Source of the DNA: Polyangia bacterium
GTDB taxonomy: Bacteria; Myxococcota_A; Polyangia; Fen-1088
Reading direction: 5' to 3'
NCBI GenBank assembly: GCA_035578045.1
Contig: DATJWP010000136.1
Coordinates: forward strand, 3,975 to 67,974
DNA: 64,000 nt
Below the pieces are notes generated by a model. It worked only from the letters and a program-made list of their open reading frames with translations, made no database searches and was not told the DNA's origin. The position numbers and the translations under genes were made by a program. This document shows positions 8,901-16,811 of the stretch, piece by piece; position 1 is the first letter of the stretch, and each line of letters opens with the position of its first letter.

Positions 8901-10951
8901 AGCGCCTCGGCCGCGCCGTCATAGCGTCCCAGCGCGCCCAGCCCCGTGGCCTGCGCGATTCGCTCGTCGAACGACAGCACGACCGGCGCCAGCGCCTCCG
9001 CCTGCGCGAGCAGGCCGGCGGCGCGCGTCGTGTCGCCCGCGGCGGCAGCCTGCCCCGCTTGCGACCGCAGCTCGCCCGCGGCGTCCGCGGGGCGGCCCGC
9101 CAGCACCAGCGCGTCGACCCGGCGTTCGGCCGGCAGATCGCCGCCGGCCAGCAGCCGCGCCGCGACGGCGCGCGTCTCCGCGTCGGCCGGCGCGCCCAGG
9201 ATCGCGCGCCGGTGGGCGGCGCCCGGCAGGGCCAGCCGGCCATCCCCGCCAACGTCCAGCCAGCCTGCCCGTCGAGCCTCGCTGGCGCCCTCGTCCGCGA
9301 AGCCGGCCACACCGAACGCGGCCGCCACCACCAGCCGCCGCGCCGCCGGAGAGAGCGCCGCCCATCCCGCCGCCAGCAGCGCATCCAGATCGTCGCCAGC
9401 CTGCAGGGAGACGGTCACGGGGCGCCCCGCCCTGGTGTTGTCGATGAAGCGCCGGACCAAAGTTGCGGCGATCGTGGCGTTGCCACCCGCCGCCCTGGCG
9501 ATGGCTTCCACCGCCGCCGGCGGCGGCTCCGATTCCAGGGGCGGCGCCAGCAGCGCCAGCACCTCGTGGCGGGCGAAGGGCGGCAGCTCGATGGTCGCGG
9601 CGAAGGGCGCGTCCAGCGGCCCGCGCGCCGCGATCACGACCAGCGCCGCCGCCGAGCCTGGCGCGCCGCCCATGAAGCGCGCCAGCGCCGCCGCCTCTTC
9701 CCCTTCGTCCAGGTACACGCAGAGCGGCCGCTGGGCGGCCCGCGCCTCGATCGCCCGGGCAATCCGCGCCAGCCGGCCCTCCAGCGCGCGCCGCGGGTCC
9801 TCCTCGGTCTGTCCGTCCGGCACCGCCAGCCATCCCTGGAGCCTGGTCAGGTCGCCACGCCAGATCTCCGGCGCGACGGTGCCGGCGGCCGCGGCAGCGA
9901 CCGCCACGTCGCGCGCGGCCGCCTCGAACAGGGTGCGCCGGCCCGAGCCGGGCGCGCCGGCCAGCACGACCACCGGGCTCGCTGGCGGTGGATCCGAGAG
10001 CGACTCCAGCGCGCGCCGGAGCGCGTCCCGCTCGGCGCGCCGGCCCACGAAGAGTCCCGCCAGCGGATCGCCGTCGGGCTGCGGCACCTCGAGATCCGCG
10101 TCCAGGGCCCGCCCGTCGTCCGCCAGCCGGGCGATCTCGCGCAGGAGCAACCGGGCGCTGGCCGGCCGTTCGGACGGCTCGGCCGCCAGCAGCCGCCCGA
10201 GGAGGCGGTCCCAGCCCTCACCCAGCCCCGGTCGAATCGTCGACAGCAACGGCGCCGGCCCGCTCAGCATCCGCTGCGCCGCCAGCAGGCCGCGCCCGAA
10301 GGGCGGCGTGCCGGCCCAGGCCTCGAACAGGGTCGCGCCCACACCGAACAGGTCGGTCGCGACCGTCCGGGCGCCGGTCAGCGCCTCGGGAGCGGAGTAG
10401 CCCAGCGTGCCGCGGGCGCCCCCGCCCCCCGCCCGCGGCGGACCCGCCAGACCGAAGTCGATGAGGATCGCGCGCGCGGGCCCGTCACCGACCTGCGCCA
10501 GCCGGACGTTGCCCGGGGTGACGTCGCCGTGGATGACGCCGCGACCGTGAAGGTGCGCCAGCCCCGAGGCGAGATCGGCGGCCGCGCGCGTGAACAGCCC
10601 TCGCCGTTCGGCCGCGTCGCCGATCGCGGCCACCTGGTCGAGCCCCGATCCGCGAACGAGATCCGTGACGATGAACAGACGCCCGTCCGCCGTGCGGCCG
10701 ATGTCCCGCACGCGGACGACGCTCGGGTGAACCAGGGATTCGAGGCTGCGGAACTCCGCCAGCGCCGTTCCCTGCCCGTCCGACCCGGGCCCGAAGAGCT
10801 TGAGCACGCGCTCGACGCCGTCGTGCTGGTCGACCACGCGGAACGTCCGAGACTGCGCGCCACCGCCCAGAGGATCGCCCACGCGATACCGGGGCGACAG
10901 ACCCGGCTCGCCGAGCTCGCCTCCGCCGTCAACTAAGTTGACCCCCGCCAC
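5999..10951 (-). CDS. Multidomain sigma-54-dependent transcriptional activator with N-terminal Ser/Thr kinase-like domain, P-loop NTPase, TPR-like region and GAF domain
   Basis: The kinase-like domain has the motifs [16 protein letters not shown] and SAPE. A P-loop GAPGSGRRT follows, then about 500 aa of Ala/Leu-rich helical repeats and a GAF domain ([22 protein letters not shown]...). The AAA+ domain carries [14 protein letters not shown] and DEVGEM. The C-terminus is a Fis-type HTH ([23 protein letters not shown]). Confidence 0.9.
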   Translation of the reverse strand: MAGVNLVDGGGELGEPGLSPRYRVGDPLGGGAQSRTFRVVDQHDGVERVLKLFGPGSDGQGTALAEFRSLESLVHPSVVRVRDIGRTADGRLFIVTDLVRGSGLDQVAAIGDAAERRGLFTRAAADLASGLAHLHGRGVIHGDVTPGNVRLAQVGDGPARAILIDFGLAGPPRAGGGGARGTLGYSAPEALTGARTVATDLFGVGATLFEAWAGTPPFGRGLLAAQRMLSGPAPLLSTIRPGLGEGWDRLLGRLLAAEPSERPASARLLLREIARLADDGRALDADLEVPQPDGDPLAGLFVGRRAERDALRRALESLSDPPPASPVVVLAGAPGSGRRTLFEAAARDVAVAAAAAGTVAPEIWRGDLTRLQGWLAVPDGQTEEDPRRALEGRLARIARAIEARAAQRPLCVYLDEGEEAAALARFMGGAPGSAAALVVIAARGPLDAPFAATIELPPFARHEVLALLAPPLESEPPPAAVEAIARAAGGNATIAATLVRRFIDNTRAGRPVTVSLQAGDDLDALLAAGWAALSPAARRLVVAAAFGVAGFADEGASEARRAGWLDVGGDGRLALPGAAHRRAILGAPADAETRAVAARLLAGGDLPAERRVDALVLAGRPADAAGELRSQAGQAAAAGDTTRAAGLLAQAEALAPVVLSFDERIAQATGLGALGRYDGAAEALAAARASAATDVEVATALERTAWLLARRGELEKARATLEECLPRFPVEHEPGRTLRARLGRLLVTAGRYREAVAAVAPLAQGLVGAADPAAAVAIETALLACAYQGDLAGARRWLGALPARLGETRRAYLSGLLAQLGGDSPGARDAYRRAYELAAGADDIHTLAAVALNLGGLLIDEGLYGEALTAAARAVRELGRLGASAELLPALVNSANLFVSLGDLPAARRALDRAAPLARASGAAAAAATASFVEGDLARRAGDPEGASTRYAESRAGYYAAGDPASASAAAASQAEVLAARRDLAAARRVLDEARDLRGTAAETDATLARAEGVLALAGALPAGTAAGPASVGALVERLAGLARAAAGQGRRPAAWRLAALAGAVAARAGLPAGDSFELARRLFEEVRMATPEHHRAALAEDPDTAWLSPAAAPGDGVLAARAQAAEARLRRLLRINKRLNSELRLPRLLEMILDTVIELTDAERGFLLLEGDDRELQIKVARNIDQRTLETDELALSRSIARQAATGGEPVVTIDAAGDARFREAMSVSDLHLRSVLAVPLVIKGRPAGTIYVDHRLRKGAFDQEDVRLVLDFAEQAAIALENARLLAELRRRERQVEALNRRLEAELAVRREEISGIQTELRESREALAVRYDYRNIVGRTPRMLDLFRLIDRITDTTLPVVIQGESGTGKELVARALHANGPRRDRAFVGENCAAIPETLLESTLFGYVRGAFTGADHDTRGLFEVADGGTLFLDEVGEMSPAMQGKLLRVLQEGEIRRVGSERTRKVDVRIVAATNRDLARMVEEGKFRRDLFFRLNVAAIALPPLRDRRDDIPLMIDHFLAKIAARVGRPPKPIEPAAMARLLAYRWPGNVRELENEVTRAEALSGERIGAADLSPRVGAAADAGVMPVEDADNVALKPRVERLERALIREALGRAGNNQTKAAEMLGLSRFGLQKKLKRYNFAV

Positions 10952-10957
10952 GCAGCC

Positions 10958-10984
10958 ATTATACGATAATCACAAGAATATTCT
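10958..10984 (-). promoter_or_regulatory. TATAAT -10 hexamer (10963..10958) 6 nt from the GTG start, plus a perfect 10-bp palindrome AGAATATTCT (10975..10984) at the -35 position
   Basis: This is an AT-rich island in the 67-nt gap between the HEAT-repeat gene and the kinase-activator gene. The palindrome and the TATAAT were read directly from the sequence. No Shine-Dalgarno is present. Confidence 0.35.
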
Positions 10985-11018
10985 AGAGCGCTGCCGACGG
11001 TTGGCACCTGGGCCGCGA

Positions 11019-12080
11019 TCAGGGCCCGGGGCCGGCGGCGCCGCCGCCACCTCCCTGCCGGCGCAGCATCCGTTCGCGGGCCGCCGCCGCGGCGACGCGA
11101 ATGTCGTCGTCGTCGTGACTGGCCGCGACGAAGCTCAGGTAGTCGTCGGCCTCCTGGCCGCCCAGGATCGCGACCGCCTCGATGATCTTGCGCATCTCGC
11201 GACGATCCCGCAGCGAACGCGAACGCGTCAGGGCGGTGACGGCCCGGCGGTCGCCCAGCGCAATGAGCGCCCCCAGGGCCGCGTCCCGCGTCCGCTCGTC
11301 GGAGTCGTCCAGGAGCTTCAACAGCACCGGGGCCTCGTCGCTCAGCTTGCGCTCCGCGGCGGCACGGATCGCCTCCTCGCGCAGGTCTCCACCGTCGGCC
11401 ATCAGCGCGGCGTGCACCGCCGCGGGGGGGCCGTCGTGCAGCCGCCGGCGGGCGGCGAACCCGTCAATCAGGTCGGCGGCGATCCGCAAGACGACCGCTG
11501 TCTCGACCGCGGGCCCCGGCGCCGCCCCCGCATCGCGCGGGGCCCGGCCCGCGCGGCGCGTCCCGTAGCGCTGGCTGCCCGCGCCGTCCAGCGATACCGA
11601 GTAGGCGCCAGGCCCGTCCGGCGGGCGAGAGCTCAGCGTCAGCCAGACGCGGGCGCGGGCCTCGCCCGCCGCCTCGACCTCGACGGTCTCGGCCGCGACG
11701 CGCAGGGCCACGTCAGTCTGGATGGAACCGCCCGCGTCGGCGGCCGCGGTCGCGAACAGGCCAGTGGCCAGCAGGCGGGCGCGCACCGCCTCGCGCACGA
11801 CCTGCGGATCGATGGGAGGCGGCTCGTCCCCCTGATCGGGCGAGGCCAGCTGGACGTCTATCTTGCCGACGACCGGCAGCGAGGGCGCTGGCTGAGCCGC
11901 CGGCGTCACGCCGCGGTGGCAGGCCGCCCCCATCAGGGCCGCCAGCGCGACCGACCAGAGCTCAGCCCGAACGCAGCCCGCGGCGCGCCTGCCGCCCGGC
12001 GCCCACCGGCTCGGGCTGATCGGCGAACAACCCGATGCGATGCGCGCGGGAGCGAGCGGTGAACGGAATCGTGTCTGCAT
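11019..12080 (-). CDS. HEAT-repeat lipoprotein
   Basis: The C-terminal repeats (DERTRDAALGALIALGDRRAVTAL, RREMRKIIEAVAILGGQEADDYL, DDDIRVAAAAARERM) are HEAT/PBS-lyase-like. A lipobox ALMGAAC is present. The only in-frame ATG/GTG/TTG upstream of the signal peptide is ATG 12080, which would give a 119-nt out-of-frame overlap with the upstream gene. ATG 11933 is the alternative, so the start is uncertain. Confidence 0.65.
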   Translation of the reverse strand: MQTRFRSPLAPARIASGCSPISPSRWAPGGRRAAGCVRAELWSVALAALMGAACHRGVTPAAQPAPSLPVVGKIDVQLASPDQGDEPPPIDPQVVREAVRARLLATGLFATAAADAGGSIQTDVALRVAAETVEVEAAGEARARVWLTLSSRPPDGPGAYSVSLDGAGSQRYGTRRAGRAPRDAGAAPGPAVETAVVLRIAADLIDGFAARRRLHDGPPAAVHAALMADGGDLREEAIRAAAERKLSDEAPVLLKLLDDSDERTRDAALGALIALGDRRAVTALTRSRSLRDRREMRKIIEAVAILGGQEADDYLSFVAASHDDDDIRVAAAAARERMLRRQGGGGGAAGPGP

Positions 12081-13104
12081 GGGGACGCCTCTGCAGCGCG
12101 AGCTCGACGATTCGCCCGACCATTTCATCATAGCCCAGCCCGGCGGCGCTGGCCGCGCGCGCAAACCCCGCCCCGTCCGAAAGGTCGCAATTCGGGTTCA
12201 CATCGATGACGTACGGCGTGCCGTCGGCCGACAACCGGACGTCGAGCCGCGCGTAGTCACGCAGCTCCATGGCGGCGAAGGCGGCCTCGGCGGTGTCGGT
12301 CAACCGCGCCATCAGGGCGGGCGACAGCGCGCAGGGAACCGGCTTCGTCCCCCGGAACTCGGGCGATGACTCGACCCACTTGCCATCGAACGAGACGATG
12401 CGCGGCGCGCCCGCCGGCATCTCGCTGAAGTCGATCTCGTAAAGCGGGAGGATCTGCGCGCCGCCGTCCGGCCGTCCCAGGATCGAGACGTAGATTTCAC
12501 GCCCTTCGATGTAGCGCTCGACCAGCGCAGGCTGGCGGTAGTGGGCCAGGATGTAGGTGACCTGCCGCTCCAGCGCCGCGCGATCGTGCACGACCGACTG
12601 CAGGCTGATGCCGACCGACGCGTCTTCCCGGGCCGGCTTGACGATCAGCGGAAACTCCAGCGAGACGCGGGAGACGTCAGGTGTGGTCAGTAGCGCCGCC
12701 TCGGGCGTGGGGACCCCGGCGCCCCGCAGCACGTCCTTGGCCCTGTGCTTGTGCACGGCCAACCCGAGCGTGAGCGGCGGCGAGCCCGTGTAGGCAAAAC
12801 CCGACCGCTCGAGCAGCATGGGCAGCAGCGGCTCGAGGCTGGCGATGCCGTCGATCGATTCGCACAGGTTGAACACGGCGTCGGGCGCGAAGCTGCCGAT
12901 GCGCCCGGTCAAACCGTCCAGACCATCCAGATCTCCGCCCACACCGAGCAGGTCTGCCGCGTACCCGAGCCTCTCGAGCGCGCCCAGCACGCCTTCGGCG
13001 GTCGAGAGCACATCGGCGCGGGCGCGGTTCTCCGGATCGGCATCAGCGCCTTCGTAGTCGCGGTTGTGAACGACCAAAACGCGCGCCAGATTGGCGGAGC
13101 TCAC
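11962..13104 (-). CDS. ATP-grasp enzyme of the D-alanine--D-alanine ligase family (second Ddl-like paralog)
   Basis: The layout is Ddl-like: N-terminal VLVVHNRDY...LGY, a central FPLIVKPAREDASVGIS, and a C-terminal YVIDVNPNCDLS. It is distinct from the canonical ddl at 15704. Confidence 0.8.
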   Translation of the reverse strand: MSSANLARVLVVHNRDYEGADADPENRARADVLSTAEGVLGALERLGYAADLLGVGGDLDGLDGLTGRIGSFAPDAVFNLCESIDGIASLEPLLPMLLERSGFAYTGSPPLTLGLAVHKHRAKDVLRGAGVPTPEAALLTTPDVSRVSLEFPLIVKPAREDASVGISLQSVVHDRAALERQVTYILAHYRQPALVERYIEGREIYVSILGRPDGGAQILPLYEIDFSEMPAGAPRIVSFDGKWVESSPEFRGTKPVPCALSPALMARLTDTAEAAFAAMELRDYARLDVRLSADGTPYVIDVNPNCDLSDGAGFARAASAAGLGYDEMVGRIVELALQRRPHADTIPFTARSRAHRIGLFADQPEPVGAGRQARRGLRSG

Positions 13105-13116
13105 GCCCGATCCATT

Positions 13117-13800
13117 CTAGTGATCTGATTCGACATTGCAATTGACCTGCGCGAGCTCGCGCGCAAATCGGACACCCAGCTCCGCTCCCAGCCGCTCCGC
13201 CACGCGCGCGGCCAGGTCCTCCATCGGCGGCGGCGCGCCCCCCAGCGCTGCGATCGACGTCGTGCGGGCGCCGGCGATGCCGCAGGGGACGATCAGATCG
13301 AAGCCGCGCAGGTCCGCCGCCACGTTCAGCGCGAAGCCGTGAATGGCCACCCGGCGGTGCACGTTGACACCCATCGCGCAGATCTTCGCGTCGCCCACCC
13401 ACAGCCCGGGGGCGTCGCGCCGCCAGCGCGCGTCGATCCCCAGCTCGGCCAGCACGGTGGCGGCGGCGCGGGCCATGGCGGTCATGTGACCGACCACGCC
13501 GGCCCGCAGGCGGACGATCGGGTACCCGACCAGCTGGCCGGGGCCGTGGTACGTGACGTCGCCGCCGCGCGACGCCCGCACCAGGTCGACCCCCAGGCCG
13601 GTCAGCTGCGCGTCCGAGAGATGGACGTTTCCTGGATCCGCCGACCGCCCCAGCGTCACGACCGGCGTGTGCTCGAGCAGCAGCAGCGTCTCGGGGCCGA
13701 CCCCGGCCAGCAAATCGGCCCGCAACCGCTGTTGCAGCTCGGCGACCGGCGCGAACGGGACGCGCCCCAGCCAGCGCCAGATCGCGTCGCCCGTCGTCAG
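13117..13800 (-). CDS. lipB: Octanoyltransferase (lipoyl(octanoyl) transferase) LipB
   Basis: Motifs LLEHTPVVTLGR, RGGDVTYHGPGQLVGYPI and KICAMGVNVHRRVAIHGFALNV. LipB-like sequence (WRWLGRVPFAPVAELQQRL) continues upstream of the track start at TTG 13725. The 5' end is placed at CTG 13800 because no canonical in-frame start exists there (see findings). Confidence 0.85.
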   Translation of the reverse strand: MTTGDAIWRWLGRVPFAPVAELQQRLRADLLAGVGPETLLLLEHTPVVTLGRSADPGNVHLSDAQLTGLGVDLVRASRGGDVTYHGPGQLVGYPIVRLRAGVVGHMTAMARAAATVLAELGIDARWRRDAPGLWVGDAKICAMGVNVHRRVAIHGFALNVAADLRGFDLIVPCGIAGARTTSIAALGGAPPPMEDLAARVAERLGAELGVRFARELAQVNCNVESDH

Positions 13801-13825
13801 GACATCAGCCTTCGGCGGTCAGCGG

Positions 13826-15637
13826 CTAGCCTTCGGCGATCTCGGCGAAGAAGTCGGCGTCGACGAAGTCCACGCTGACCATCGTGTTGATCACCCCGAC
13901 GCCGTGCCGGACGCAGGTCTCGGCCATCGCCGCGCCGTCGGCGATCTCGATGGGGGGACCAGGCTGCTTCCAGGCGGCGATCGCCTCCTCGCTCAGGCGG
14001 CCCGCCAGCATCAGCAGGCCCTCGTCCTGGCCGCGGGCCCGGATGCCGTACCGCAGCTCCAGGATCGACCCGCGCGCGGCGGTGGCGCCGCCGAAGCGGA
14101 AGCCGATCAGGCAGCGAGAGGGACGCCCGCCGCGGCCGCGCAGGGCCTCGACGTACACGGTCCCCTCGACCCGCTTGACGAAGGTCGCGGGACCAAAGCC
14201 CTCGCGCTGCAGCAGCACGCGCGCCAGCGCCTCGAACGCGGGCGCCGGGAGCTCGGCGAGCCGGCGCTCCAGCGAAGCCAGCGTCCGCTCGCGCAGCGCG
14301 CGGCGGGCCTCGCCGAACACCTGCTCGGCCCGCTCCAGCTCGGCCTCGGGCGGACGGCGCGCCAGGGCGAACAGCCCCGCTCCCGCCGAACGCAGCCGGG
14401 GCCGCTGGCCGGCACGCAGCCGCTCGCGCGGCTCGGCCGCCAGGGCGGTGCGCATGACTCGCCAGGCCTCGTTCGGCTCGCCGTGCACCAGCCGGCGGCG
14501 GGACGCGCCGTCGGCGATCTGGCGCACGTGGACGCCGCGCCCGGGCGCCTGCCCGCGCAGGATCTCGATGGCCGCATCGACCGGCGTCATGATCCGCCGC
14601 GGGCCCTGCCCGTTGTCGCCCGATGGCGCAGCGGAGCCGCCCGCGCCATCTGCCGGTGCCGGCGGCGGCGACGACGGCTCGCCGCCGAACGCGCCCGCCT
14701 CCAGACCAGGGGGCAGACCGGGCGCTCCGCTCGAGCTCCCACCCGCGGGGGCGAGCCCCTCGGTCATCCGAGGCCCCTCGCCGAACGGTTCGAGCTCGCC
14801 GCCCCGTCCTCCGCGACGGCGGCGACGCCGGCGGCGCCGGCCACCCATTCCCTGCTCCGGCTCGGCCGCGCGCTGCCCTTCACCGGCAGCGTCCAGCTCC
14901 TCACCCCCGGGTTCGCCGCCCTCGCCCTCGTCGTCCCCCTCGTCCTGGTCGCCTTCGGGCGCACCCTCCCCTTCGGCTTCCATCTCCTCGTCGGAGGGGC
15001 CTTCGCTCGCCTCCAGAGGCGCCGCTCCGGGGCCCGCCTCGTCTTCCATGGAGTCCATCGCGCGTGGGACCTCCTCGTCACCAGCGTTTTCGTCGTCGGC
15101 CTCCAGCACCCCGGTCGCCGCCAGCGCGGCGGCACGCGCCTCGGCCGACAGCCCACCGTGCTCTGGTTCCTGAATCTCGCCGTCCTCACCTTCGTCCGGC
15201 GCGCCAGTGGCGCCCGCTTCGGGCCGGGCCGTCCCCGCACCCGGCGAGGCCCCCCGACGCTCCTGCGGCTCCTCGCGACCGCGCCCGGACCCGCGGCGGC
15301 GCCGACGGCGCCCCCCCTCGCCCGGAGCCGCGGCCTCGCCGTCGGCGGCGCGTGGTCGAGCGGTGGCCTCCTCGGCCTTGGCGGCGGCGGCCGCCCGCTC
15401 CTCGGCGGGGATCTCGGGATAGCGAAGCAGCCCGAAGACACCCGGCTTGACGCGAACGAACGGGCTGCCGGGCGCCTTCTTCACGGCGGCGGTCAGCTGG
15501 GTCTGCATCGTGACCTCGGGCGTCCGGCCGACGAAAGTCAGCAGCTTCTTGCCCAGGGCGCGCTCGGTCAGCTCCTTGTAATGCAGCGGCCGACCCTCCC
15601 ACCGAAGGACCTCGAAAGCCGCCTCCAAAAAAGTCAT
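13826..15637 (-). CDS. Protein with two HARE-HTH-like winged-helix domains, a long charged low-complexity linker and a C-terminal Mrr/restriction-endonuclease-like domain
   Basis: The N-terminus MTFLEAAFEVLRWEGRPLHYKELTERAL...VRVKPGVFGL is HARE-HTH-like. A second copy reads PVDAAIEILRGQAPGRGVHVRQIADG...GLFAL. The linker is E/D/G/R-rich with runs of R. The C-terminus (AFEALARVLLQREGF...YVEA...CLIGFRF) resembles an Mrr-type nuclease fold. The start was moved to ATG 15637. Confidence 0.7.
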   Translation of the reverse strand: MTFLEAAFEVLRWEGRPLHYKELTERALGKKLLTFVGRTPEVTMQTQLTAAVKKAPGSPFVRVKPGVFGLLRYPEIPAEERAAAAAKAEEATARPRAADGEAAAPGEGGRRRRRRGSGRGREEPQERRGASPGAGTARPEAGATGAPDEGEDGEIQEPEHGGLSAEARAAALAATGVLEADDENAGDEEVPRAMDSMEDEAGPGAAPLEASEGPSDEEMEAEGEGAPEGDQDEGDDEGEGGEPGGEELDAAGEGQRAAEPEQGMGGRRRRRRRRRGGRGGELEPFGEGPRMTEGLAPAGGSSSGAPGLPPGLEAGAFGGEPSSPPPAPADGAGGSAAPSGDNGQGPRRIMTPVDAAIEILRGQAPGRGVHVRQIADGASRRRLVHGEPNEAWRVMRTALAAEPRERLRAGQRPRLRSAGAGLFALARRPPEAELERAEQVFGEARRALRERTLASLERRLAELPAPAFEALARVLLQREGFGPATFVKRVEGTVYVEALRGRGGRPSRCLIGFRFGGATAARGSILELRYGIRARGQDEGLLMLAGRLSEEAIAAWKQPGPPIEIADGAAMAETCVRHGVGVINTMVSVDFVDADFFAEIAEG

Positions 15638-15703
15638 GGCGCCCGTCTTTATCACAGATGAAGAATTTTTGACGAGGTACGCAGCCAAGGTTACCCGTGG
15701 AGA

Positions 15704-16708
15704 ATGATCGGACAGCGCAAGATCGGTGTGCTCATGGGTGGGCTGTCGGCGGAGCGGGACATCTCGGTTCGTTCCGGCGAGGCGGTGGTCGCCGCCCTGA
15801 CCGACCGCGGCTACGACGCCTGGCCTCTGTTCGTCGATCGGGACGTCGACATGGTGCTGCGGCAGGCCCGCATCGACGTCGCGTTCGTGGCGCTGCATGG
15901 CCGCTACGGCGAGGACGGGTGCATCCAGGGGGTGCTCGAGCTACTGGGGATTCCCTACACCGGCTCCGGGGTGCTGGCCTCGGCGCTGGCCATGAACAAG
16001 GTCCGCGCCAAAGAGGTGTTCCGCCTCAACAACCTGCCGACGGCCCCCGGGTACGTCGTGCAGTCGGAAGGGGGAGACGACCTCCTGGAGCTGCACGGGT
16101 CGTTCGGGTTCCCGGTCGTCGTGAAGCCCGCCGGCGAGGGGTCCTCGCTGGGCGTCCGGATCGCCCGCGACGAGCTGGAGCTGGAGGCCGCCGTCGAGGA
16201 GGCCCTGCGCTTCGACGACGACGTGCTGGTCGAGCGCTTCGTCGACGGCAAGGAGGTCTCGGTGGCGATCCTGGACGGCAAGCCGCTGGGCGCCGTCGAG
16301 ATCGTCCCCAAGCGCGGGTTCTTCGACTTCCGCAACAAGTACACCAGCGGCGGCACCGAGTACCACCTGCCGGCCCGGCTCTCGCCCGAGCGTTACCGGT
16401 CGGCCCTGCGGCTGGCCACGCTGGCGCACGAGGCGCTGGGCTGTGACGGGGCGAGCCGCGTCGACCTCATGATCAGCGACCGCGGCAACGAGGTCGTGCT
16501 GGAGGTCAACACGCTGCCCGGCATGACGCCCACCAGCCTGCTCCCCAAGATTGCCCACGGGGCCGGCCTGACCTTCGAGGATCTCGTCGAGGAGATGCTG
16601 AAGGGCGCCCGCCTGCGTGCTCATGGTCACCGTCGCGACCGCCGGGCCGTCCAGGTCAACTTCGACGGCCCCGAACGTCGAACGGGGTTCCTGACCCCGG
16701 CCCACTGA
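15704..16708 (+). CDS. ddl: D-alanine--D-alanine ligase
   Basis: KIGVLMGGLSAERDISVRSG, HGRYGEDGCIQGVLELLGIPYTGSGVLASALAMNK, FPVVVKPAGEGSSLG and EVNTLPGMT. GTGGAGA lies upstream of the ATG. Confidence 0.95.
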   Translation: MIGQRKIGVLMGGLSAERDISVRSGEAVVAALTDRGYDAWPLFVDRDVDMVLRQARIDVAFVALHGRYGEDGCIQGVLELLGIPYTGSGVLASALAMNKVRAKEVFRLNNLPTAPGYVVQSEGGDDLLELHGSFGFPVVVKPAGEGSSLGVRIARDELELEAAVEEALRFDDDVLVERFVDGKEVSVAILDGKPLGAVEIVPKRGFFDFRNKYTSGGTEYHLPARLSPERYRSALRLATLAHEALGCDGASRVDLMISDRGNEVVLEVNTLPGMTPTSLLPKIAHGAGLTFEDLVEEMLKGARLRAHGHRRDRRAVQVNFDGPERRTGFLTPAH

Positions 16709-16716
16709 TCTACGGT

Positions 16717-16785
16717 GGGACCCTGGGAGGGTTCCACACCTCCCGCGCCGAACTCCGCTGGGCGGAGCCCAGCTCCGTTCCCGCG
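16717..16785 (+). repeat. Copy A of a ~70-nt hairpin-rich repeat (intergenic, ddl-ppk1)
   Basis: gggaccctgggagggttcc...ctccgctgggcggagcccagctccgttcccgcg aligns by eye with 61004..61075, with most positions identical and a few 1-3 nt indels. Weaker similarity extends to about 16705..16797. It contains an imperfect GGACCCT/AGGGTTCC hairpin. It also has two mutually exclusive perfect 6-bp hairpins: CTCCGC-TGG-GCGGAG and CGGAGC-CCA-GCTCCG. Confidence 0.7.
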
Positions 16786-16811
16786 ACGGCGCTTCGCTGT
16801 TAAAATCAGGC

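Noticed and set aside
5723-10936. 1737-aa plus-strand ORF, the longest in the track
   Set aside because: It is antisense to the 1650-aa kinase-activator gene, which has unmistakable kinase, GAF, AAA+ (GAFTGA) and HTH motifs. The plus-strand product is Arg/Gly/Pro/Gln low-complexity sequence without any domain signature.
11002-11016. Perfect TGGCAC -24 box with GC at the correct -12 spacing (TGGCACCTGGGCCGC) on the plus strand
   Set aside because: It would fire plus-strand transcription straight into the antisense of the HEAT-repeat gene, with no plus-strand gene downstream for about 4.7 kb. The -12 box lacks TTGC. It is probably a chance match, though an antisense RNA cannot be excluded.
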